The position numbers were made by a program, and so were the translations under genes. Positions 8,297 through 17,635 of a DNA stretch of 64,000 bases are shown piece by piece (position 1 is the first letter of the stretch; each line of letters opens with the position of its first letter). Source of the DNA: an uncultured Fibrobacter sp. (GTDB lineage Bacteria; Fibrobacterota; Fibrobacteria; Fibrobacterales; Fibrobacteraceae). The stretch covers positions 21,674-85,673 of the forward strand of contig CAMJNF010000002.1 in NCBI GenBank assembly GCA_946407235.1, given 5' to 3'. The notes beneath the pieces are model-generated. The model saw only the letters and a program-made list of their open reading frames with translations, was not told the origin of the DNA and did no database searches.

Positions 8297-10738
8297 TTAA
8301 AATTCCACATTAATGGAAGCTTCAAAGATAAACTGACTAAACTTATGCTGATAGGTACCCGTAGCGCCGTCGCCCTTCTTCAGTAAGTTGAAGTAATCCG
8401 GCATATTTCTTGTAGGGAAAGAAACCTTTGAGGCCGTTGTACGAGCATGTTCTTCGGCTACTTGTTTTGCGTTATTATAATGGTCCTCAGTCAAAGTAGC
8501 ATTTGGATTTTCTCTTTTTAGTTTGGTTTCAGCAGATTTAAGTTCCGAATTATATCTTGATTCATAAGCAGCGTCATAAGCAGCTTTATAAGCAGCGTTA
8601 TATTCATTAACATATTTTGCAGTGTTATAATCTTTCTGAACAGAAACATAACCCACATTCAAGGACAACCAGGCATTGGATGCTACAGTGTAATCAAAGC
8701 CACCCATCACCTGCATCTGCTTGCTCTTCATAGTAGGAATGTCATGTCCAACAACTGCATTAGGAGCGCCCATCACGGCACCATAATCAGAATTGATCAT
8801 CTGGAAGCCTGCAGTAAAGCCGACACGCGGCAAGAACTGGGCACAAAGACCAAAGTTGATAAAGTCGCTCTTAAAGGCGCCTTCCGCTACACCAAGAGTC
8901 GTGGAAGTCACAGAACCAGGAACAAGCGTTGTCTTGCTTTCGGAATGCTTGAAGGAACCGCTGACATCGAGAGTCTTGTCATAAGCGATGAACTTTGCGA
9001 TATCAACCTTGACACCGCCACCGAATTCCATGTAAGACACCTTATCGACATCCGGAGTCGTAGACTTCACTTGGTTGAATACGCCCACGAGAGCCTGGGC
9101 TTCGACTTTATTCTGCCAATCGCCCTTGACAAGGGCGCGAACACCCATGCGGTTCGATGTCGCAAGGCCGTTCGGCAAAGTAAGCTGGATAGCCGGATCC
9201 GTCATCATGTTGATGAGAGCGAGCTGTTCCAAGGCATAGACGTTGGAGCCCCAGGAATTCTTGTTATACGGAGCAATGTTATAGCTTTCCCTCTGGCCAC
9301 CCATAAAGGCGTCATCATTTGTACCCATGGTACGACCCACCGGAGAGAACTTCGGAGAGTAGTTGTAGAGAGCGTCGAAGGTCGAATAGAGCGGGGAGTT
9401 CACGCCGTACTTGACCGTTTCGCCATCCTTGTCAGAGTTCAAGATACGCTGGGCAAAGAAGCTCGGAGACTGAGCGAGGTTGTTGAACCACTTTTCATCA
9501 TTGCGGATGAAGTCGAGGGTAAGGCCTGCATTCCAGCTGTTATCAACCTTATAACCAGCGTTCAAAGTAACGAGCATTGCAGATCCGTTAACTTTTTCCT
9601 CAGTTTCAGGAATAACAACCTGGGTCGTCACAGGATTTCCTTCAGGATCGGCCGCAACCTGTTCACCAATCGAGCCAGGAATCTTCTTCTTGTTAATAGA
9701 CATGGCGTATTCACCGACAAGGTCAAGAGTGAGATCCTTGTTCTGCATGAGACCTGCCACATCGGCACCGGCACGAGCGCTTACAACAAGCGTATTCTGC
9801 GGTCCCACATCCGGGTTGATCGATTGCTGGACGTAACTATTGATTTCCTCATCGTTCTGATTGAAATCCGTCGGTTTTGCATTGCGAGGCATCGGATGAC
9901 GGTAGACATAGGAATTCGTCTTTTCATTATCGAAGATGAACATCGGAGTCACACCGACATAAACATTCTTTTGCATCGGCAAAAGTTCGATATTACCACC
10001 CACGAGCCACTTGTCCGTGTTAGAGGCAAGAGACGTTGCATAACCCGGAATGGAATCCTTCGGAAGAATGTTGCCTTCGGCACCGCTAAAGTCGAGCACC
10101 GATACGCGGTTCACACGGGCCAAGAAAGCTTCCGCACGGAGTTCGCCAATCATCGGATCGATTTCCTGGCGGAACTGGAGGTTCACACCCTGGAGGTTAC
10201 GCTTGTTACCTTCAAGGAGCTGTTCCTTCTGGGCCATGTGGCGCTTGCGGGCAAAAATCGTCGGTTCGTACATAATGTCGATACCGGGATTATAAATCGT
10301 AAGCGGGGTAAGTTCCTGACGGAAGTCACCGATAACCCAGTAGAAGTTCTTGCCGATATTGCCTTCGACATTGATCCACTTGGCTTCGAGAGTCTTAGCA
10401 GCAGAAGCGAAGTATTCCTGCATACCACCACCAATACGCATCGTCAAATTAGCACGGACAAATTCGTACGGACGGAAACCGAAGTTCAAGTCGGCGCTCA
10501 CGAATTCGTTGCGTTCTACATCCGGCCATTTATTGATGCCGGTCTGATCCTGATCGGTCTTGAAACTGGAGCGCTGGGCAACAGCACGGATGCTACCGCC
10601 AATTTCAACACCACGCTTGGCATTGGCGCTATCAGCCTTGGCCTGCAAGGCCTTTTGATTATCCGCAACAGCAGAAGCCGATGCGGCAACCGATGCAGAA
10701 AGAAGGGCGATTAAAAGTCTTTTCATTTTCATATTCAT
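8297..10738 (-). CDS. Outer-membrane beta-barrel-type protein (paralog 2)
   Basis: Signal peptide and C-terminal EASINVEF. GGGAGG SD spacing favours ATG 10738 over 10747. Confidence 0.75.
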   Translation of the reverse strand: MNMKMKRLLIALLSASVAASASAVADNQKALQAKADSANAKRGVEIGGSIRAVAQRSSFKTDQDQTGINKWPDVERNEFVSADLNFGFRPYEFVRANLTMRIGGGMQEYFASAAKTLEAKWINVEGNIGKNFYWVIGDFRQELTPLTIYNPGIDIMYEPTIFARKRHMAQKEQLLEGNKRNLQGVNLQFRQEIDPMIGELRAEAFLARVNRVSVLDFSGAEGNILPKDSIPGYATSLASNTDKWLVGGNIELLPMQKNVYVGVTPMFIFDNEKTNSYVYRHPMPRNAKPTDFNQNDEEINSYVQQSINPDVGPQNTLVVSARAGADVAGLMQNKDLTLDLVGEYAMSINKKKIPGSIGEQVAADPEGNPVTTQVVIPETEEKVNGSAMLVTLNAGYKVDNSWNAGLTLDFIRNDEKWFNNLAQSPSFFAQRILNSDKDGETVKYGVNSPLYSTFDALYNYSPKFSPVGRTMGTNDDAFMGGQRESYNIAPYNKNSWGSNVYALEQLALINMMTDPAIQLTLPNGLATSNRMGVRALVKGDWQNKVEAQALVGVFNQVKSTTPDVDKVSYMEFGGGVKVDIAKFIAYDKTLDVSGSFKHSESKTTLVPGSVTSTTLGVAEGAFKSDFINFGLCAQFLPRVGFTAGFQMINSDYGAVMGAPNAVVGHDIPTMKSKQMQVMGGFDYTVASNAWLSLNVGYVSVQKDYNTAKYVNEYNAAYKAAYDAAYESRYNSELKSAETKLKRENPNATLTEDHYNNAKQVAEEHARTTASKVSFPTRNMPDYFNLLKKGDGATGTYQHKFSQFIFEASINVEF

Positions 10739-10753
10739 CTTTAGCATCCTCCC

Positions 10754-13024
10754 TTAGAACCATGCCTTGGTTTCGGCAGCAATGTAATGGGAATGCCAAT
10801 TATTATCAGAAATGATTTCGTCAGAGTGCGTCATGAACTTGTAACGGAAGTGGAGACCCACGCGGTCCGAGAAGTCCCAGTCAAAGCCTAAGCCAATGGC
10901 AAAGTCCTTGTAGTTGATCGGAGCCTTTTCATAGTAGTAGGGGCTCACTTCTGTCGAGCGGCTTTGTGTACCAGGCAAAGTTTTCACTTCATGGCTGGTG
11001 TAAGCCTTGCTAGACCTGAACGTTTCAAGGCCGAGGATACCCACCATGTGGAAAGTCGGCGTTACGGCAACGGTCGGTTCAAACTGGCCATAGAAGCTCG
11101 TCAAGAGCATGTCAAACGATTTTTCGGAAACTGCAATCGGAGCAAAGGAAGTAGAAACACCGGAAAGGGCAACGAATGCAGTCATCATGATATTGCGGTC
11201 AGTACCGAACCAGTGACCGATATCGTAACCACCCATGAAGGACATGTAAGAGGACCACTTGGCATGGGACGGAATCTCTTGCATTGCGGCTTGTTCACCG
11301 TTATCATAAGCGACGAAAGATTCCCACATTTCCCAAGTTCCACCATAGAGACCACCGTGCTGGCGATACATCTTAACACCATCTGCAGTACCTCTTTCGA
11401 CACCAGTACGAGCGACATAGCCCGGACCGGAAGCGTTACCGGAGTCAGCCACAAAGAGCGGCTTGTGCTTGGTCCAGGAGTTCGAGCTTTCCCACATGTT
11501 GCGGCCGTTCAAACGGTAGTTGAAAGCAACCACGTCCTTGCCAGCTTCGATCTGACGATGCTGAGCATACTGGAAATCAAAGTAACCGCGATTGAAGCTC
11601 GGTTCCAACTTGAAGTTGATACCGGCCATGTTCGGGGAATAACGGAGAGCACCACCATTGAGGTAAGATTCGTCCTTACGCCAACCCGGGAAACGGGACG
11701 GATTGGTAAGAGAGAACGGAGAATAGAAGCCCGGCTGGAAGTACACGAGTTCGGCAGTCATTGGCCAGCCTTCGATGTACTTGCTCTGAGCCTTGATATA
11801 GAGACCGATCTTCGGATCACCAATAGCGGATCTCTTTGCGGCACTAGAAAAACCTGTAGAGTTATTCTTTCCAGAACCATCAAAATCGTCAACCACTTCA
11901 GATCTATAGAAAACTGTAGTATCGACAATGCTTGCGCCTACATCAGCCATCAAGAACAGCTTCGGTGTAACGTTACCCTTGACATCGAGAGAAATCACGT
12001 GAGTATTCATGAGTCTCGGGGATGCATCACCCGTGCTCATCACACCGAAATCGAGCCACTGGTTACGGAATTCATCTTCGTTGATGATAGCGTCATCGTA
12101 AGTCACGCCCATGTAGTTCACGCCAACGGTCAGATTATCAGCAATCTTTTCCTTGGCGATACGGCCATGGAGCACGGTACCGCGGAGATCGTAGCCACCC
12201 ATCATTTCGAGTTCACCCGGCTGGCCACCGTACATGCGGAGACCGTCACGAGTGGCAACGTCAGCGTCCATCGGCTGAGACACGAGGAACTGAGCCTTCA
12301 TATCGTACGGAAGCTGATAGATGTTAGCAAACACACCACCGAAAGAGCGGTTCGTCCAGAATGCACGACCACCTTCCTTGACCGGCTTGAAAGCCTTTTC
12401 CTTATAGTAGGTCGATACAGTCTTTTCGTCTTCGAAAAGTTCGTACTGCCAAACAAAACGCGGGTTCGTTTCACGTTCCCACATGGTAAGCGGGGAGGCA
12501 TTAGCCCAAATAACACCGCCTGCGGTAACGTAGGCACCGAAAACACCAGCGCGGATATCGACACCGACATTCAATTCTTCGTTGATAGTCGAAGCGTAGT
12601 AGTCGGTAGAATGGTCGTTCAAGACGCGTTCATCGTAATATCCAGGAGCGTTCGTCGGGTGTTTGGCCAAGTAGTTCGTATAAATGCCACTCAAGTCAAA
12701 CGGGAACGAAAGGTTCGTAAACAACGTAACGTAGGAGTTCGGCATGGCGACGACGTTCACATTCAAGACGGCATCGACGCTTGTGCGTGCCTGGTCATTT
12801 TTGACCCACGGGCTCTGTTCGGTATAATGGAAATTCTTCAAACGGAAAGCCATGTAACCGGAGACTGCCAGTGGCAGATCGTCCTTACCCAAAAGGGTCG
12901 ATTCCATGTTGTTGGAAAGAGTATCCAATGAAGCGTGCAGGGAATCAAGCTGCAACTGCGGAGGGAGAGCCCACGCAGCACCGAGGCTAGACGCTAATAA
13001 AAGGGAAGAAACTGTTTTGCGCAT
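10754..13024 (-). CDS. Outer-membrane beta-barrel-type protein (paralog 1, more divergent)
   Basis: Signal peptide, aromatic-rich sequence, C-terminal AETKAWF, and SPLT motif in the position of TPLT in its neighbours. Confidence 0.7.
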   Translation of the reverse strand: MRKTVSSLLLASSLGAAWALPPQLQLDSLHASLDTLSNNMESTLLGKDDLPLAVSGYMAFRLKNFHYTEQSPWVKNDQARTSVDAVLNVNVVAMPNSYVTLFTNLSFPFDLSGIYTNYLAKHPTNAPGYYDERVLNDHSTDYYASTINEELNVGVDIRAGVFGAYVTAGGVIWANASPLTMWERETNPRFVWQYELFEDEKTVSTYYKEKAFKPVKEGGRAFWTNRSFGGVFANIYQLPYDMKAQFLVSQPMDADVATRDGLRMYGGQPGELEMMGGYDLRGTVLHGRIAKEKIADNLTVGVNYMGVTYDDAIINEDEFRNQWLDFGVMSTGDASPRLMNTHVISLDVKGNVTPKLFLMADVGASIVDTTVFYRSEVVDDFDGSGKNNSTGFSSAAKRSAIGDPKIGLYIKAQSKYIEGWPMTAELVYFQPGFYSPFSLTNPSRFPGWRKDESYLNGGALRYSPNMAGINFKLEPSFNRGYFDFQYAQHRQIEAGKDVVAFNYRLNGRNMWESSNSWTKHKPLFVADSGNASGPGYVARTGVERGTADGVKMYRQHGGLYGGTWEMWESFVAYDNGEQAAMQEIPSHAKWSSYMSFMGGYDIGHWFGTDRNIMMTAFVALSGVSTSFAPIAVSEKSFDMLLTSFYGQFEPTVAVTPTFHMVGILGLETFRSSKAYTSHEVKTLPGTQSRSTEVSPYYYEKAPINYKDFAIGLGFDWDFSDRVGLHFRYKFMTHSDEIISDNNWHSHYIAAETKAWF

Positions 13025-13033
13025 AAAATCCTC

Positions 13034-13777
13034 TTAAATCTCGTTACGGAACGGATAATGAGCCGGGCCTTCGTACGGCTTGCCATGCTTCTTAATCACA
13101 ATATCGTCAATCCAAACCTTGAAGGATTCGTTTTCATCCTTACGGACTTCAAGACGGAAACCCTTGAAGTTGGACCAAGCAAACGGGAGCATCACTTCGC
13201 GCGTGTTCTTTGCATCCCAGTAAACACCGGTATTGCCGAAGAGCTTCAGAGGAATGCTGAAGTGCTTCCATTCAGTCGTAATTTCACCAAGGCTCTTGGA
13301 ACGGAGCTTCACCTGGAGGGATTCACCATTGCTCTTCACGCCGTCATCGACGAGCACGAACAGAGCGTTTTCGCCGCCCTGGGCACCCTTGATCCAGAAT
13401 TCGAGAACACCTTCTTCCAAGTAGGGAGTCAAGTCCACGGAACCCGCAATACAAATAGCAACACCGGAGTAATCACTTGCGATAAGCTCAATTTCCATGG
13501 AAAGGGCTCCTTCCATGGCATACTTGTCCGTAAGTACCGGTTCAGGGTTTTCACGCGGATACTGGTAAGTATATCCACCACCACGCGGAATGGCTTCACG
13601 CATGACGACAGAGACAACTTCCTTGTCTGGACGGAACGGCTTAGGATCCTTCATGACAAAGTGAGACTGGTCGCGGTCGCGATAATCGCTAAAGCCGTAG
13701 CCAGCAAAAGAAGATGAAGCAAGAAGCATCGCCGCTAGAGCGGACTTCCAAATGGCTTTTTTTAAGTTTCCATTCAT
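13034..13777 (-). CDS. Secreted carbohydrate-binding-module protein (CBM30/CBM11-like beta-sandwich), first gene of the operon
   Basis: Signal peptide ending SSSFA. VDLTPY..GVLEFWIKG..GGE, ITTEWKHFSIPLKLF and VWIDDIVI fit a galactose-binding-like fold. Confidence 0.7.
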   Translation of the reverse strand: MNGNLKKAIWKSALAAMLLASSSFAGYGFSDYRDRDQSHFVMKDPKPFRPDKEVVSVVMREAIPRGGGYTYQYPRENPEPVLTDKYAMEGALSMEIELIASDYSGVAICIAGSVDLTPYLEEGVLEFWIKGAQGGENALFVLVDDGVKSNGESLQVKLRSKSLGEITTEWKHFSIPLKLFGNTGVYWDAKNTREVMLPFAWSNFKGFRLEVRKDENESFKVWIDDIVIKKHGKPYEGPAHYPFRNEI

Positions 13778-13914
13778 AATAGGTACAATTCTCCAAATTC
13801 GGATCGTCTACAATATAGCTTGTTTTTTGAGAAATCAATGAGCTTCCATTGCAAAAAAGGCTTTGCAAAACTAGATGTATCAACGGAATACCGCTATCTA
13901 AGCCACACAAACAC

Positions 13915-14012
13915 TGGACTCAAGCGTAAACGGAAATTTTTTATTTTCCAATGTTTTAGAATGTTTACAAACTAAGATTTTTGACAGGCGTCACATGGAC
14001 TCAAGCGTAAAC
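13915..14012. promoter_or_regulatory. Perfect 17-bp direct repeat TGGACTCAAGCGTAAAC (13915-13931 and 13996-14012) in the divergent promoter region
   Basis: Two identical copies 81 bp apart in an AT-rich intergenic region. Confidence 0.65.
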
Positions 14013-14104
14013 ATAAGATAAGCATGTTTTTTAATTTTCTATTTTTCGAATTGTATAGATTTTGAGAACAGGTATTTATTAGGACACCAATTTTTGGGGG
14101 TTAC

Positions 14105-15307
14105 ATGATTAAAGAACTTCTCTCTGCAATGGCGATCGGATGCCTATTTTGCGCATGCGACAGTGGTACAGCGCCTCCGCCAGCAGCAGCCAAACCCGAT
14201 AATCAAAGCAAAGTCGTTCCCGTAGACTATACACTCGGAAGAACGATGAATGCAAGGCTTGGACGAGGCATCAACCTCGGAAATTCTTGGGACTCCGATG
14301 GCGCCGATGATTCAGGCTGGGGAAACCCCATCCGTGATGAAGATTTTGCAATAATCAAGGCTGCGGGCTTCAATTCCGTGCGTATTCCGGTCCGCTGGCA
14401 GACTTTCTCCGACAAAACAACCCACACCGTGGACCCGGAACGTCTTAACGGCGTCATTCAGGATATCCAACTCGCCATGGCCAACGGGCTTGCCGTCGTT
14501 GTGAACTTCCACCACTATCACGAGCTTAACTGCTATGGTGGCGGAATGCCTCCTGGATACAACAACCCTCCAGACGATAACCCGACTTGCGATTATTTGC
14601 CGATCCGATTCAATACCGAAAAAGCGCATTTCCTTGGCATGTGGGCACAAGTCGCCACAGCGCTTAACGCAGCATTCCCCGCCAACGATATGCTCGTGTT
14701 CGAAATCTTGAACGAACCGGTCGTCAAAAGAGCAGATGTTTTGAACCAGATCATGACCGAAGCCTACACCGTCATCCGCACGGCAGCTCCCGGCAAGACC
14801 ATTATGTTCGAATCCTATCACGCCGCAAAATTTGCAGACCTCACAGATCTCCAATTGCCGGCAGACGGAAACATCATCTACAGTGGCCACTATTACGCTC
14901 CCTACGCTTACTCCCATCAAGGGCCTCATGGCTATAAATGCAAGGGGGACGAAGCATACGGCAACAACGCAAGCGACAGTTTAAGGTACTACAAGAACCT
15001 CGCCTACAGGCAATATCCCGACATTAACGGAACCGATCAAGTTCCTTTGAACATGGGTGAATTCGGTGTTGCAGGCGGAAGCTTTATGGGCGATTGCGTG
15101 TATTACGATGATAAAGGCCAACAAATAGGCTTATGGCCTTCCGACCAAAAGAAAGCCGAATGGGCACAAAAGACGGTTCAAGCTGCAATTGAAACCGGCA
15201 CATCATTCCATTACTGGGGATTTGCCCACACAGGCGGTTTCGAAGCCTACAACAAGTACGCCGAAACATGGTATCCCGGATTCCCGCAGGCTCTAACTCA
15301 GCCGTAA
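14105..15307 (+). CDS. Glycoside hydrolase family 5 endoglucanase, lipoprotein
   Basis: RGINLGN, GFNSVRIPVRW, FEILNEP (acid/base), HYY and MGEFG (nucleophile); lipobox FCA-C. Confidence 0.93.
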   Translation: MIKELLSAMAIGCLFCACDSGTAPPPAAAKPDNQSKVVPVDYTLGRTMNARLGRGINLGNSWDSDGADDSGWGNPIRDEDFAIIKAAGFNSVRIPVRWQTFSDKTTHTVDPERLNGVIQDIQLAMANGLAVVVNFHHYHELNCYGGGMPPGYNNPPDDNPTCDYLPIRFNTEKAHFLGMWAQVATALNAAFPANDMLVFEILNEPVVKRADVLNQIMTEAYTVIRTAAPGKTIMFESYHAAKFADLTDLQLPADGNIIYSGHYYAPYAYSHQGPHGYKCKGDEAYGNNASDSLRYYKNLAYRQYPDINGTDQVPLNMGEFGVAGGSFMGDCVYYDDKGQQIGLWPSDQKKAEWAQKTVQAAIETGTSFHYWGFAHTGGFEAYNKYAETWYPGFPQALTQP

Positions 15308-15314
15308 TATAGAA

Positions 15315-16082
15315 CTAAGGGCGAACGAGAGAACCGCCCCAATGCTCATCGAAAAAGGCTTGGAACAAAGGTTCCGGGCCTTTTTTCAATTCCTCGATAA
15401 CTTCTGCAATCGGACGCTTGCCACGGTAAAGTTCACGGAAAGCGCGCTCGAAAAACGCAATGCGCTCGGGAGGGAATTCTTCTGCATGCAAGCGGAGTGC
15501 ATGGAGATTGAGGGAGGCAAAGCGGAGCGGGTTACCGAATGCACGACTGCACGGAGGAACGTCGTAATCGACCTTGAGAGTTCCACCCACAAAAGCGTAG
15601 GCGCCCACCTGATTTCTCTGCTGCACTGCAGTTGTACCGCCCAAAGTCGCAAACTTTCCGATGCGCACGTGACCGCCAAGCTGGCAGCCATTGGCGATAA
15701 CCGCCCCCTCGCCAATTTGGCAATCATGCCCAACGTGCGCGTATGCCATAATCAAGACGCGGGGAGCGAGGCGCGTACAACCACCGCCTTGCACTGTTCC
15801 GCGATTGAGCGTCGTGTACTCGCGAATAATGCAATTTTCGCCAATTTCAAGGCAAGTCGGCTCGCCGGCATACTTGAGATCCTGCGGAGGCGCTCCAAGA
15901 ATCGCCCCATCGTACACATGCGTATTCGCCTTAATCGTCACACCGCCGTAAACGCGCACTCGAGATTCGAGCACAACATTCTCGCCAATAACCGCCCCTT
16001 CATCGACAACGCACCAGGGGCCAATAATTGCAGACTCGTGGACTTTTGCAGAAGAATGAACGAAAGCGGAAGGATGGAGCAT
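15315..16082 (-). CDS. lpxA: Acyl-ACP--UDP-N-acetylglucosamine O-acyltransferase
   Basis: Hexapeptide repeats, PQDLKY, IREYTTLNRGT and HVGHDC; likely start MLHPSAFVH. Confidence 0.92.
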   Translation of the reverse strand: MLHPSAFVHSSAKVHESAIIGPWCVVDEGAVIGENVVLESRVRVYGGVTIKANTHVYDGAILGAPPQDLKYAGEPTCLEIGENCIIREYTTLNRGTVQGGGCTRLAPRVLIMAYAHVGHDCQIGEGAVIANGCQLGGHVRIGKFATLGGTTAVQQRNQVGAYAFVGGTLKVDYDVPPCSRAFGNPLRFASLNLHALRLHAEEFPPERIAFFERAFRELYRGKRPIAEVIEELKKGPEPLFQAFFDEHWGGSLVRP

Positions 16083-16085
16083 TAC

Positions 16086-16267
16086 TAGTGGTTGGTGGTT
16101 AGTGGTTAGTTGACAAGGACGCCGGAGGCGCAGGGACAAGTTAGTTGGTAGAACTTAGGTTAACAGACCCAAATTTAGTTTTTAGACGAGAGACGAGAGA
16201 CGAAAGACGAAAGAAATTGTAACTTCGAAGCCTTTTCTAAGTTCTAAGTTCTAAGCTCTAAGTTCTA
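16086..16267. repeat. Clustered 7-mer tandem repeats (TAGTGGT, GAGACGA, TCTAAGT)
   Basis: Three to four imperfect copies of each unit between lpxA and the GT2 gene. Confidence 0.8.
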
Positions 16268-16285
16268 TTTTCTAAATTAAAACGC

Positions 16286-17389
16286 ATGAGTGGCATTATT
16301 ATCGCATGCCTGACTGCGCTTTATGCGTTCTTGTTCCTATTCTTCATTATAGGGCTGTTAAAGACGCATCGCTATAAAGGCAAAAAAGCGACTCCGAGCG
16401 TTTCGGTCGTAGTCCCGATGAGGAACGAAGAGGAATTTGCCGAACGCACACTTGAAGCACTTGCCCTCCAGGATTATGTCGGCGAATGGGAAGTGATTTG
16501 CGTCGACGACCGTTCCACCGACCGCACCCGCGAAATTCTCGAAAAGTTTGCCGCTACGCATCCGCGCTTCCGCGTGCTTTCGCTCCCGCAAGATTTACCG
16601 CAAATTGCAAGTCCCAAGAAGCGCGCCCTTGAAAGCGCCTTCAAGATTGCCAAAAATGAAGTGCTTTTGACAATGGATGCCGACTGCGTTCCTCGCAAAA
16701 GCTGGATTACTGCAATGGCAGGTCGCTTTGTCGACGGTATCTGCATTGTGCAAGGACCAAAGCAAAACAACGGCACACGATCCATGCCGCATCTTTATCA
16801 AAAGCTCGAAACGCTTGGCTACACGGCGATGGAAGCCGCAGGCTTTAGCCTTGGCCGCCCAATTGTCGCAAGCGCCGCATGCCTCGCCTACAAGAAAGAC
16901 CTGTTCTTCAAAGTCGGCGGGTTTGGCGATCTCGTAAAGCTTTCAAGCGGCGACGACGATATGCTCATCCACAAGATGATGAAAATCCCGGGAACTAAAG
17001 TTTGTTACAATCTCGACAAGGATGCCGTAATCGAAACCGCCCCGGTACACACGTGGAAGCAGCTTTTCAACCAACGCGCCCGCTGGAGCAGCAACGGAAC
17101 AAACTACGAAAGCAAGGCTTACATTCTGCTCCTCACGCTGATTTACACATACTACATCTGGATGTTCTTGAGTCCATGGTGCGCCTTATTCCTGGATTTT
17201 CCGTGGCAGTGGTGCGTGTTCAGCATTTTGCCCAAATTTATCGTTGACTTCGTCTTCTTGAGCATAGCATCATGGAAACTCAAGTCCAAGCGACGCATGC
17301 TTGCATTCTTGCCGGTCGAACTGATTCAAATCCCGATGATTGTCTTTGCCGTACCCGCAGGCATCACGGGAATGTTCCGATGGAAGTGA
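16286..17389 (+). CDS. Glycosyltransferase family 2, membrane-bound
   Basis: VSVVVPMRNEE, VDDRSTD, DAD, SGDD and QRARW (QxxRW), with TM helices at both ends. Confidence 0.92.
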   Translation: MSGIIIACLTALYAFLFLFFIIGLLKTHRYKGKKATPSVSVVVPMRNEEEFAERTLEALALQDYVGEWEVICVDDRSTDRTREILEKFAATHPRFRVLSLPQDLPQIASPKKRALESAFKIAKNEVLLTMDADCVPRKSWITAMAGRFVDGICIVQGPKQNNGTRSMPHLYQKLETLGYTAMEAAGFSLGRPIVASAACLAYKKDLFFKVGGFGDLVKLSSGDDDMLIHKMMKIPGTKVCYNLDKDAVIETAPVHTWKQLFNQRARWSSNGTNYESKAYILLLTLIYTYYIWMFLSPWCALFLDFPWQWCVFSILPKFIVDFVFLSIASWKLKSKRRMLAFLPVELIQIPMIVFAVPAGITGMFRWK

Positions 17390-17635
17390 TTTAGACGAGA
17401 GACTAGAGACGAAAGACGAGAGAGGCGCCCGCCTTAGTTAGGAATGGCGCCAAAGGCGCCTTAGTTGGCAGAACTTAGCTCGCTTCGCTCTAATCTCAAC
17501 CGCTAGGCTCGGAAAGTCTCGAAAAGCGAATGAAGCAGTCAAAAAATATTTGACTATTTCTGAGCTCAAGAGACAACGCTTTAGCGTTAAATAGGCTTGC
17601 AAGCAATCCTGCTTCACTCGCCCTATGCATTAGTC

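Noticed and set aside
8744-12931. Long plus-strand ORFs of 656 aa and 655 aa, and similar ones at 502-1656, 4359-5357, 42907-45480 and 62064-63335
   Set aside because: They are antisense shadows of codon-biased genes, with no motifs, signal peptides or RBS
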